A DNA stretch of 29,977 nt from Abditibacteriaceae bacterium (lineage in GTDB: Bacteria > Armatimonadota > Abditibacteriia > Abditibacteriales > Abditibacteriaceae). The position numbers were made by a program, and so were the translations under genes. Below the pieces are notes generated by a model that was given only the letters and a program-made list of their open reading frames with translations, was not told where the DNA came from and made no database searches. The stretch lies in assembly GCA_031425655.1 (NCBI GenBank), contig JANPJS010000130.1, positions 1-29,977 of the forward strand, read 5' to 3'. Of this stretch, positions 16,125-24,245 are shown piece after piece (position 1 is the stretch's first letter; each line of letters starts with the position of its first letter).

Positions 16125-16856
16125 TTAATGCTCTCGTTTCAAACGCAGACGGGCCATGCGCGCTTTCAAATGCGGCGAAACTATCTGCGCCGCGCGAATG
16201 GCGCCGAGTTCGCCCAAAATGTAGCAGGCGAAGGCGCCAACCGGCGGGTTGAAAGTCGGAATTACGCCAAATGCCAGTGGTCGCCATGTCCAGCAATGGT
16301 AGGCCGTGCCGATAATCTCGACGTAAAGCACCAGCACGCCCACGATGAGAAACACGCTGTGCTGGCCTTTGCGCGTCCAGACCACGCAAAACATCAAGCC
16401 CCACAAAAAACTGAGCGCATCGTGAAAGAGCAGCAGCGCGCCGACGATCAAACCGGCGTGAAATGTCGCCAGACCGAATTTCGCCAGCCGTTCGCGTTGC
16501 AACAGCCACGGTTCTTCGGCCAGCATCCACGCGGTGCCGAGCAAAATCGAATGGCCGAAAGGCACATAAAGCGGCACGCCGTCCAATCGGTAGCGATAAA
16601 GTCCGAAAACGAGGCTGAAAAGCCCTTCGCCGAGCGCCGAAAGAGGCACGAAGAGCGCGAGAACAAGTTGTTGGCGCGGCTTTAATTGGCTCATTATCGC
16701 CGCCAAAAAAAGCGGCGTGATGACGTTGCTGATCCATTGGCCTGTCGCCGTTTCGCCGCCGAAAGCGCGCGAGTCGAGAAATAAAATCAGGGCAGTTAAA
16801 GGCCAGAAAAGCAGTAAAAGCGCGCGGCGAAAGCGATGTTGGGACACAGGAACCAA
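16125..16856 (-). CDS. Hypothetical integral membrane protein
   Basis: 243-aa ORF with many hydrophobic segments and YRYRLDGVPLYVPFGH and EIIGT...WTW motifs; start uncertain. Confidence 0.7.
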   Translation of the reverse strand: MVPVSQHRFRRALLLLFWPLTALILFLDSRAFGGETATGQWISNVITPLFLAAIMSQLKPRQQLVLALFVPLSALGEGLFSLVFGLYRYRLDGVPLYVPFGHSILLGTAWMLAEEPWLLQRERLAKFGLATFHAGLIVGALLLFHDALSFLWGLMFCVVWTRKGQHSVFLIVGVLVLYVEIIGTAYHCWTWRPLAFGVIPTFNPPVGAFACYILGELGAIRAAQIVSPHLKARMARLRLKREH

Positions 16857-16860
16857 GAGT

Positions 16861-17502
16861 TTAATCGCGCGCCGTCATTACCACTAAAATTAGGCCCCAC
16901 AAACATTGCACCACGGCCTGAACCGGAAATTGCAGCGCCAGCGGCAGCGAATAAAGCAGCGCGACCGTCGGCGTCCACACCAGCAGCGCCGCAACGTAAA
17001 CCGGCAGCACGCGATTGCGATACATTTGCGGCCCCAGATCGTGCTGCGCGCATTGGAGCGAAAATCCGGCGTCTTTGAAAGCGTAAGTCATCACCACAAT
17101 GGGGATTGCTACGAATGGCGTGAAAAGCAGCATATCAACAGCGGTTTTGAGCGCAATGGTTGAAATCTGCGCGTTGTCGCCGAAAATACGCGCCTGAAAA
17201 TTGTAAAACACGTCGGTCACAGCGCCCTGACAAGCCCAGAAAAGCATCAGAAACGGCACATGGGCCAATTGTGTTTTGCGATGCGCGCCTTTTTGCAGTT
17301 TTTGGAAAAGAAACGGCAAAAGTCCGCCCGCTAAAGCTTGCGCGGGCATCGAAAAGCCCAATCCGAGCGCGGTTTTCATTTCCGCGAGCGCATTGAGCGA
17401 TTGGCGAATTGGCGCGACGAAATAATAGCAAGTCAGCAGCAAAATGACGGCGCTCCACAGCAAAAACGCCGGGACGAGATTGGCGCGAAAAGCGGCACTC
17501 AA
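16861..17502 (-). CDS. Mpv17/PMP22-like membrane protein
   Basis: KTAVDMLLFTP and VWTP..ALLYSLPLALQFPV...VQCLW resemble Mpv17/PMP22 motifs. Confidence 0.7.
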   Translation of the reverse strand: MSAAFRANLVPAFLLWSAVILLLTCYYFVAPIRQSLNALAEMKTALGLGFSMPAQALAGGLLPFLFQKLQKGAHRKTQLAHVPFLMLFWACQGAVTDVFYNFQARIFGDNAQISTIALKTAVDMLLFTPFVAIPIVVMTYAFKDAGFSLQCAQHDLGPQMYRNRVLPVYVAALLVWTPTVALLYSLPLALQFPVQAVVQCLWGLILVVMTARD

Positions 17503-17540
17503 AAGCTGAAAAAGTGCGGGTTTGGCCTTGTTGCCGTGTT

Positions 17541-18107
17541 TCAGGAGGCTTCGCCAAGCCTTTCGCGCAACGCGCCATCGGCGCCGCGATCCATTTCATA
17601 TTGGCGGCCCAAAAGCCACAACAAATCCGACAAGCGGTTGAGATAACGCAGTATTTCGGGATTGGGAACTTCGCCGGCATCGGCTAAGCGCACGGCGCAG
17701 CGTTCGGCGCGGCGGCAAACCGTGCGCGCACAGTCCAAAGCCGCGCTGCCGACAGTCGCGCCGGGCAAAGCCCAATCATCGAGCAAACCGGGCCGCGCTT
17801 CAATCGGCGCGATTAAGGCGTCGAGCGCCTGCGTCATTTCCGGCGAAACGCGCGTTTTTAACTGGTCGTGCTGTTGATTTGGTGTGGCCAGTTCGGCACC
17901 CGTGATAAAAGTTTCGCGCTGCAACGCTTCGAGAATCGCTTTGATTTCCGCGTCGTCGCATTGCGCGCGTGCCAGGCCGAGGAACGAGTTCAATTCGTCA
18001 ATGGCGCCATAAGCCTCGACGCGCAAATCGGCTTTAGAAACGCGCTCGCCGTAAATGAGTTTGGTGCTTCCGGCGTCGCCGGTTTTGGTAACGATGCTGC
18101 GAGACAT
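17541..18107 (-). CDS. PduO-type ATP:cob(I)alamin adenosyltransferase
   Basis: TKTGDAGST, RVEAYGAIDELNS, ARTVCRRAER and YLNRLSDLLW. Confidence 0.95.
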   Translation of the reverse strand: MSRSIVTKTGDAGSTKLIYGERVSKADLRVEAYGAIDELNSFLGLARAQCDDAEIKAILEALQRETFITGAELATPNQQHDQLKTRVSPEMTQALDALIAPIEARPGLLDDWALPGATVGSAALDCARTVCRRAERCAVRLADAGEVPNPEILRYLNRLSDLLWLLGRQYEMDRGADGALRERLGEAS

Positions 18108-18111
18108 TTTT

Positions 18112-18203
18112 AGTGACGAGTGACGAGTGACGAGTGACGAGTGTTGAGTGACAGAAGCAGCGGTTAGTCATTACTCAACATTCGTCATTCGTCATTCGTC
18201 ACT
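18112..18203. repeat. Inverted heptamer array (GAGTGAC)n ... (GTCATTC)n
   Basis: Same family as 12979-13065, including the following GTGTTGA. Confidence 0.92.
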
Positions 18204-18205
18204 TG

Positions 18206-18243
18206 ATAAAACGAACGCCCTGCCGGAATGCTCTGGCAGGGCG
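18206..18243 (-). terminator. Rho-independent terminator after the cold-shock gene
   Basis: Minus strand reads CGCCCTGCCAGA-gcat-TCCGGCAGGGCG followed by TTCGTTTTAT. Confidence 0.7.
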
Positions 18244-18275
18244 AAAGGTGTTGCAATTAACGAAATAATTGCGGC

Positions 18276-18482
18276 TTAGCTGCTATTTTTGACGTTGGCA
18301 GCGCGCAGACCTTTGTCGGCCTGAGCCAATTCAAACTCGACGACCTGGCCTTCCTTGAGGGAACGATAGCCGTCCATTTCGATAGCCGAGTGGTGGACGA
18401 AAACGTCTTCGCCGCCGCCTTCTTGTTCGATGAAACCAAAACCTTTGGTGTCATTGAACCACTTTACGGTGCCTTTTGCCAT
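18276..18482 (-). CDS. Cold-shock protein (CspA family)
   Basis: [18 protein letters not shown]...DVFVHHSAI...[17 protein letters not shown]; 68 aa. Confidence 0.97.
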   Translation of the reverse strand: MAKGTVKWFNDTKGFGFIEQEGGGEDVFVHHSAIEMDGYRSLKEGQVVEFELAQADKGLRAANVKNSS

Positions 18483-18664
18483 GCGACAATTCTCCTGATG
18501 CCGGTGCGGTTTGGGGTTCGCCTCGAACGTCATTCCTTCGTTGACTTTCGCCCGCAGCCTGCAACCGTCTTACGACTCGCATCCAACTGCACAAAGGGAT
18601 TTTCGCTTTTGGGCGCACTTTTTCCAGCCGGCGAAAATAAGATAGGTTCTTGCGAACCGGCGTG

Positions 18665-18693
18665 ATTATAAATCCGCTTATTTGTCGTGTCAA
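18665..18693 (-). promoter_or_regulatory. Consensus sigma70 promoter for the cold-shock gene
   Basis: Minus strand TTGACA (18693-18688), 17 nt, TATAAT (18670-18665). Confidence 0.85.
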
Positions 18694-18757
18694 GCGTGAA
18701 GGTGAAATTTCTGGAAACCTTCGCCACAAGCGTTATCCAACGCCGCGCCGCGCGGCC

Positions 18758-18766
18758 TGTTAAAAT
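18758..18766 (+). promoter_or_regulatory. Extended -10 element just upstream of the carB half gene
   Basis: TGtTAAAAT ends 8 nt before ATG 18775; no SD is visible. Confidence 0.5.
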
Positions 18767-18774
18767 TTTTTGCG

Positions 18775-20394
18775 ATGAGTGATTCCGCCGCCGTTTCCGC
18801 AAAACAGAAAGTTGTCATAATCGGCTCCGGGCCGATTCGCATCGGGCAGGGCATTGAGTTCGACTACGCTTCGGTGCATTGCACGCGTGCCGTGCGCGAA
18901 TTGGGCTACGAAGCCATTGTTATCAACAACAATCCCGAAACTGTTTCTACTGATTTCGATATTTCCGACCGCCTCTATTTCGAGCCGCTGACGACCGAAG
19001 ACGTGCTCAACATCATTGACCGCGAGCAGCCGCTGGGCGTGGTCGTGCAGTTCGGCGGACAGACCGCGATCAATTTAGCCAAGCCGCTGACTGATTACGG
19101 CGTGCGCATTCTTGGTTCGCAATACGATTCGATTGACCTGTCCGAAGACCGCGAACGCTTCGATCAATTGTTGGTGAAATTGGGCATTCCCAAGCCGGCG
19201 GGCCGCGCTGTCGTGACGCCGGACGCCGCCGTCGAAGTGGCGAACGAAATCGGCTATCCGGTTTTAGTGCGGCCTTCTTACGTTTTGGGCGGGCGCGCGA
19301 TGGAAATCGTGTTCAACGAACACGATTTGCGGCGCTATATGAAAACTGCGGTAGATGTCTCGCCCAAAAAGCCGATTCTCGTAGACAAATATATTTTGGG
19401 CAAGGAAGCCGAAGTGGATGTCATCTGCGACGGCACCGATTGCCTGCTGCCCGGCATCATGGAGCACATCGAGCGCGCGGGCGTGCATTCGGGCGATTCG
19501 ATGGCGGTTTATCCGCCGCAATCGCTGTCGCAGACCGTAATTGACCAAATCGAAGACTACGCAATTCGCATGGCACGCGCGCTTAAAGTCGTCGGCCTGA
19601 TGAACATTCAATACGTCATCGAAGGCGAACAGGCGTATATCATCGAAGTCAACCCGCGCGCCAGCCGCACTGTGCCGTATTTATCGAAAATCACCGGCAT
19701 TCCGATGGTGAAAGTCGCCACCAACGTCATGATGGGCAAGACGCTGAAGGAAATGGGTTATCGTTCGGGCCTGTATCCGTCGCCCGATCAAGTAGCCGTT
19801 AAAGCGCCGGTTTTTTCGTTCCAGAAATTGACGATGGTGGACACCGATTTAGGCCCGGAAATGAAGTCAACTGGCGAGATTATGGGTGTGGACAACCAGT
19901 TTCCACGCGCTTTGTATAAAGCGATGGTTGCCAGCGGCTACGACATTCCTTTGCCGGGCCAGAAAGATGGGCACAGCGCGCTTTTGACAACGCTGTCCGA
20001 CCACGATAAGGAAGAAGGCGCGCCGATTATCAAAGGCTTCTCGGAAATGGGCTATAAAATCTACGCGACTGAAGGCACAGCGCGCGTTTTGAAAACTCAC
20101 GGCGTCGAAGCCGAAATCCTGCGTAAAATCCGCGAAGACGAGCCGAATTTGATGACCGTCCTTACTGCCCCGCACGTTGATTTCCTCATCAACACGCCGG
20201 AGCGCGACAAACTTTCCGACCGCGACGGCTTGAAAATTCGCCGTGCTGCCGTCGAACACGGCGTGCCCTGCCTGACTTCGCTTGACACTGCGAACGCACT
20301 TTTAACCGCCCTGCGCCAGCAACAGCAGCAACGCGTCGTCGGCGTGCGCGCGGTGCATGAATACGGCACGCCCGATCCGAGCCGTCATCATTAA
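18775..20394 (+). CDS. carB: Carbamoyl-phosphate synthase large subunit, C-terminal half only (second ATP-grasp plus MGS domain)
   Basis: KVVIIGSGPIRIGQGIEFDYASVH, NNNPETVSTD, RPSYVLGGRAM, GVHSGDS, EVNPRASRT, LGPEMKSTGE, ATEGTA and IRRAAVE; 539 aa. Confidence 0.93.
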   Translation: MSDSAAVSAKQKVVIIGSGPIRIGQGIEFDYASVHCTRAVRELGYEAIVINNNPETVSTDFDISDRLYFEPLTTEDVLNIIDREQPLGVVVQFGGQTAINLAKPLTDYGVRILGSQYDSIDLSEDRERFDQLLVKLGIPKPAGRAVVTPDAAVEVANEIGYPVLVRPSYVLGGRAMEIVFNEHDLRRYMKTAVDVSPKKPILVDKYILGKEAEVDVICDGTDCLLPGIMEHIERAGVHSGDSMAVYPPQSLSQTVIDQIEDYAIRMARALKVVGLMNIQYVIEGEQAYIIEVNPRASRTVPYLSKITGIPMVKVATNVMMGKTLKEMGYRSGLYPSPDQVAVKAPVFSFQKLTMVDTDLGPEMKSTGEIMGVDNQFPRALYKAMVASGYDIPLPGQKDGHSALLTTLSDHDKEEGAPIIKGFSEMGYKIYATEGTARVLKTHGVEAEILRKIREDEPNLMTVLTAPHVDFLINTPERDKLSDRDGLKIRRAAVEHGVPCLTSLDTANALLTALRQQQQQRVVGVRAVHEYGTPDPSRHH

Positions 20395-20489
20395 CCACGG
20401 ATAAACACGGATGGACACGGATGGTTTTCGCCCGATTTCGTGACTTGCAGCGAAACCATCTGTGTTCATCCGTGTTTATCCGTGGTTAA
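20391..20489. repeat. Palindromic element of the same family as 3796-4015
   Basis: TTAACCACGGATAAACACGGATGGACACGGATGGTTT ... AAACCATCTGTGTTCATCCGTGTTTATCCGTGGTTAA. Confidence 0.93.
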
Positions 20490-20495
20490 TTCTCC

Positions 20496-21392
20496 ATGAA
20501 CGCCATTATTCTTTTTTCCCACGGCAGCGTGCTTTGCGGCGCGGGCGAGACGCTGCGGCGTGTTGCGGCGCACATGAAAGCGCGCGGCGATGCGCCGATT
20601 GTCGAGTCGGGCTATTTAAATTACTCCGAGCCGCTTTTTGCCGAAGCCGTCGAATCATGCGTGGCGCAGGGTGCAACGCGCATCGTAGTCGCGCCCTATT
20701 TTCTCATCGCCGGTAAGTTCGTGCAGGTGGATTTAAAGCCGAAAATCGAAGTTGCGCGCGAGAAATATCCACACGTTGAGTTTCATTTAGCCGACGCCAT
20801 GAAGTCGCATCCGACGCTGGCCGACGCCATCATCGAGTGTTCGCGCCGCGTCGCACCACCCGCGCGCTGGCGCGATATTATCAACACCGCGCCGCAGTTT
20901 TGCCGCGATAATGCCGAATGTCCGCTACACGGCACCGAAAAATGTCCGGCCACCAACGGCGGTGTTAAACCTTCAATGGGCAGCAGACTCCACGAATTTT
21001 CATCCCTCATCCCTCATCCCTCATCCCTTCTGGTCATGGTTCATGGCAGTCCGCGTCCGGTTTCCAATAACGCGATGTTTGCCGTAGTCGAAGACGTGCG
21101 AAAGCGGGCGGTTTTCTCCGATATTGAAGTCGGTTTTATGGAATGTAACGCGCCGGATATTCCCAACGCGATTGAAAATCTGGTGGCGCGTGGTGCCAAA
21201 AGCATAGTCGCGGTGCCGTATTTTTTGCACGCCGGCACGCACGTCGCCGACGATTTGCCGGGCTTGCTCGAAGACGCGCAATTACGCTATTCTTCGGTTG
21301 AATTTTTAATGGGCGATTACATCGGGCGCGATTTGCGGTTGGCGGATGTGATGCGCGACCGCGTCCGCGAAGTGCTTTTGGAATCAGTTTGA
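20496..21392 (+). CDS. Sirohydrochlorin chelatase, two CbiX/SirB domains with Cys-rich linker
   Basis: Two repeats of HGS...GY/F.....P...PYFL..G (FSHGS/APYFLIAGKFV and MVHGS/VPYFLHAGTHVADDLP). Confidence 0.88.
   Translation: MNAIILFSHGSVLCGAGETLRRVAAHMKARGDAPIVESGYLNYSEPLFAEAVESCVAQGATRIVVAPYFLIAGKFVQVDLKPKIEVAREKYPHVEFHLADAMKSHPTLADAIIECSRRVAPPARWRDIINTAPQFCRDNAECPLHGTEKCPATNGGVKPSMGSRLHEFSSLIPHPSSLLVMVHGSPRPVSNNAMFAVVEDVRKRAVFSDIEVGFMECNAPDIPNAIENLVARGAKSIVAVPYFLHAGTHVADDLPGLLEDAQLRYSSVEFLMGDYIGRDLRLADVMRDRVREVLLESV
21000..21027 (+). repeat. (TCATCCC)4 heptamer array inside the chelatase CDS
   Basis: Four exact copies, translated as SSLIPHPSSL. Confidence 0.95.
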
Positions 21393-21422
21393 AAAGTAGT
21401 GGTGAAACCTCAAAAGTAAGCA

Positions 21423-21503
21423 TTGGTCATCCTGAGCTTACGAAGGATCTCGGCGTTTTGGCTTCTGTTACGCCGAGATACTTCGCAAGCTCAGGATGAC
21501 CAA
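21423..21503. repeat. REP-like palindrome (GTCATCCTGAGC...GCTCAGGATGAC)
   Basis: Arms of about 33 bp with few mismatches, just after the chelatase stop; may act as a terminator. Confidence 0.9.
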
Positions 21504-21628
21504 ACTCTTCTTTCATAGTCTTAATCGGACTTTTAAACTGATTCTTAGAAACCAATGTTTCAGCCTGATGGCGCTGCTTTTGCATTCGCGGGCCGCAATG
21601 TTTTTCTTGCTTTTGCCGGAGGTGGGTA

Positions 21629-22246
21629 ATGTCTGATTTGTCGTCCACTGAGCGCGCTCCTTCCGAAATTGCTCCGTCAGAACTCGAAGTTTTAGCGGCT
21701 TCGCAAGGGGCCGGGCCGCTTTTGCAGCGCGATTACTGGGCACCGCTGCACGGCACCCATTTCATGCCCGGCGGACTGATGCGGTTGGTAGGCAGTGAAT
21801 TTCCGCGCTTTGCCAATCCTGCCCTCGCTGCTTTTTCGTTCGTGAAGGAGCCGCCGCTGGAAATCGGCCACGAAATGCGAATCGAAATTCGCGGTTATGG
21901 CACTTGTCACGTTCGCGTGGTTGAGCAAAGTCCGCTCACTCTCACGCTGCGCACCTTAGAAGATCACTTTGAGGCCGGGCGCATCACTTTCGGCTCGTGG
22001 CGCGAAGACGGCCAACTGCTTTTTAAGATTCGCAGCCGCGCCCGCACCCGCTCGAAGCCGCTTTTATTGGGCTGGGCCGCCGGAGGCTGGAAGGCGCAGG
22101 AGGAATCGTGGAAGCAATTCATCAAAAACCTCGCGGAAGCGTGCGGCGCGACTATACCGGGCGAAATTCACGAAGAAACCTGCGAAGTGAAGGCAACCTT
22201 AGCCGATTTAGGCGAGCTTGAAACACCGACCTTTTTGCCCAAATGA
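21629..22246 (+). CDS. DUF1990-like protein
   Basis: SD GGAGG; motifs GPLLQRDY and TLRTLEDHFEAGRITF. Confidence 0.65.
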   Translation: MSDLSSTERAPSEIAPSELEVLAASQGAGPLLQRDYWAPLHGTHFMPGGLMRLVGSEFPRFANPALAAFSFVKEPPLEIGHEMRIEIRGYGTCHVRVVEQSPLTLTLRTLEDHFEAGRITFGSWREDGQLLFKIRSRARTRSKPLLLGWAAGGWKAQEESWKQFIKNLAEACGATIPGEIHEETCEVKATLADLGELETPTFLPK

Positions 22247-22256
22247 TCTAAATAAT

Positions 22257-22961
22257 ATGGCGCTTTGGCGTTTTCTTTTGCCGTGGAAGGAAGCTGAACT
22301 CAAGCGAGAATTGGCCGCTTTAGCCGCGTTGCGCGCTAATTTTGATCACGAACCGGAAGCGATGGACGAAGCCGGGGGCTGGATGGTGGATGGTTCGAAT
22401 GATGCGCTGGGCCATGAGCCGCCCGGCCCGCCGTTGCCCGATGGTTTGTTTTCGCGCGCCCGCCAATCGTTGAAAAACTACGATTTTTCCGACCCTCTGA
22501 TTGTGACCGGCCATTTCGATCCGCGCACGCCGTTCGTCGGGCGCAATATGCTGCTGGAAATCAAAGTTTTCGGGCTGCGTTATTTAGCGGGTGTGCGCGT
22601 GCATGGCGTGCGCGAAGAAAGCGATGAGAAACACACGATTTTCGGCTTTCGCTACGATACTTTGGAAGGCCATTTCGAGCGCGGTTTCGAGTGGTTTTTG
22701 CTGACGAAAAACCATCAAACCGGCGAAGTGTGGTTTCAAATCGAAGCGCACTGGCAGCCCGGCGCTTTTCCCAACTGGTGGAGCCGCGTCGGGTTTATAT
22801 TGGTCGGACAATATTTTCGCAAACTGTGGCGCCATCGCGCGCCGCAGCGCCTGACGGCTTTAGCCCATCAAACCGTGACCGAAGCCATTGCCGAATCCGG
22901 CGATTTGGCGCATCGCGGCGATGTCATTGCGACGCGAACTAATGCGCGGCAGCGAAAATAA
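22257..22961 (+). CDS. DUF1990 family protein
   Basis: FGFRYDTLEGHFERGFEWFLL....GEVWFQI; ATG at 22257. Confidence 0.75.
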   Translation: MALWRFLLPWKEAELKRELAALAALRANFDHEPEAMDEAGGWMVDGSNDALGHEPPGPPLPDGLFSRARQSLKNYDFSDPLIVTGHFDPRTPFVGRNMLLEIKVFGLRYLAGVRVHGVREESDEKHTIFGFRYDTLEGHFERGFEWFLLTKNHQTGEVWFQIEAHWQPGAFPNWWSRVGFILVGQYFRKLWRHRAPQRLTALAHQTVTEAIAESGDLAHRGDVIATRTNARQRK

Positions 22962-23687
22962 TTATTTTACCGTCGCCCACACGCGCATTTTCTCCAGTTT
23001 CTTCTCGCCGATGCCTTTGACTTCGTCCAAATCGTCCACCGACCGAAAGGCGCCGTTTTCTTTGCGATAATCGAGAATGCGCTGCGCCATGACCGGCCCG
23101 CAGCCGGGAAGCAGCATTAAGTCGTCTAACGAGGCGCGGTTGATATTGATGATGTGCGGCGGCGTTTTGGGTGGCTTTTTCGGCGCAGGCTTCGCCGTTT
23201 TGATGTCTGCTTTGGCCTTTGCTGGCTTTTTCTCCGTTGGCTGCGGCGCGACTTGAATTAACGGCTCGTGCGCTGTATTTTTTTTGCTTTTACTCGGCAC
23301 TTCGATGCGCGAGCCGTCTTCGGCCCACGCCGCCAAATTGAGCGCATTCACATCGGCGTTTGGTAGTGGCGCGGCGCGTTGCACGGCATCACTGATGCGC
23401 GCGTCGAAGGGCAATTGATACAAGCCCGGACGCCGCACCGCTCCGGCGACGTGAACCAAGAGTTTCCCCGCAGGCGCGGCTTTGACATTCGCGTAAGGCC
23501 CAGTCGGCGGCGGTTGCGGCGAGCGACTCGACGACCAAGCGCCTAATGTGAAAATGCCGTAAATCACCGGAATAAGAAGCAAAAACCAGAGTTGGCGGTC
23601 GCCCCGACGCGCCGCGATTTCATCCGGGCCGTCGGCGGGCACAAAATCGGACGGTGCATTTTCAGGAATCGGCGCAATCTGCTTCAT
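22962..23687 (-). CDS. comEA: Competence DNA-binding protein (TM, SLBB, helix-hairpin-helix)
   Basis: VHVAGAVRRPGLY, ININRAS..DL..LPGCGP..AQRILDYR..NG.F and EVKGIGEK. The start could also be 23696. Confidence 0.9.
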   Translation of the reverse strand: MKQIAPIPENAPSDFVPADGPDEIAARRGDRQLWFLLLIPVIYGIFTLGAWSSSRSPQPPPTGPYANVKAAPAGKLLVHVAGAVRRPGLYQLPFDARISDAVQRAAPLPNADVNALNLAAWAEDGSRIEVPSKSKKNTAHEPLIQVAPQPTEKKPAKAKADIKTAKPAPKKPPKTPPHIININRASLDDLMLLPGCGPVMAQRILDYRKENGAFRSVDDLDEVKGIGEKKLEKMRVWATVK

Positions 23688-23700
23688 GATCCCCATATAT

Positions 23701-23794
23701 TTAACCGCCAAGACGCCAAGAACGCCAAGATTTCAAAAGAAACGGAATCAATCATCCCTTAAAATCTTGGCGCGCTTGGCATCTTGGCGGTTAA
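23701..23794. repeat. Palindromic element TTAACCGCCAAGACGCCAAG...CTTGGCATCTTGGCGGTTAA
   Basis: Inverted arms built from CGCCAAG units; overlaps the 3' end of the 23748..24245 CDS. Confidence 0.9.
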
Positions 23795-24245
23795 CCAATT
23801 GCGCCTTATGGCAAAGCAGAGCCAACGGCGGCGTTAAAAGCCACGCGCCAATAATGTCGAGCCAACTATGAAAACGCAACGGCGGCAGCACGATCAGCAC
23901 GCCGTAAGCGATTAAAAGCGGCGCTACGAAGAGCAGCCAGCGCGCGTTAAGAAGACACAGCGAAGTTGCAACCGCAACCGCAAAGCAAGTGTGCCCGCTG
24001 GGAAATTCATACTCTCCGGGATCGCCGGGAAAGCCCGGCCAGAGGTTCAAAGCGTCGTTGATGCGTCCCAGCACGAAAGCGGCGCCAAGCGCCAGCAAGG
24101 CGCCAAGCAGGAAGCGCCCGGCGGCAAATTGCGCGTCGGTTTTGCGTCGCCAGACAATCGCGCCCAACAGCAAAATTACGAGTAGGGGATTGACACCATT
24201 GGCGATGTGGCGCAGCGCGTGCGCGTCCATGTGCTGCCAACTCAC
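23748..24245 (-). CDS. PAP2-superfamily membrane protein
   Basis: FPSGH and FHSWLD motifs with TM helices; start overlaps the upstream stop. Confidence 0.75.
   Translation of the reverse strand: MSWQHMDAHALRHIANGVNPLLVILLLGAIVWRRKTDAQFAAGRFLLGALLALGAAFVLGRINDALNLWPGFPGDPGEYEFPSGHTCFAVAVATSLCLLNARWLLFVAPLLIAYGVLIVLPPLRFHSWLDIIGAWLLTPPLALLCHKAQLVNRQDAKRAKILRDD

Noticed and set aside
18108..18774. Cobalamin riboswitch near the adenosyltransferase and chelatase genes
   Set aside because: No B12-box or other conserved cobalamin riboswitch elements were recognised. The space is explained by repeats, a terminator, the csp gene and promoters.
20316..20331. Poly-Gln run at the CarB C-terminus
   Set aside because: Only five mixed CAG/CAA codons in a variable tail; not informative.
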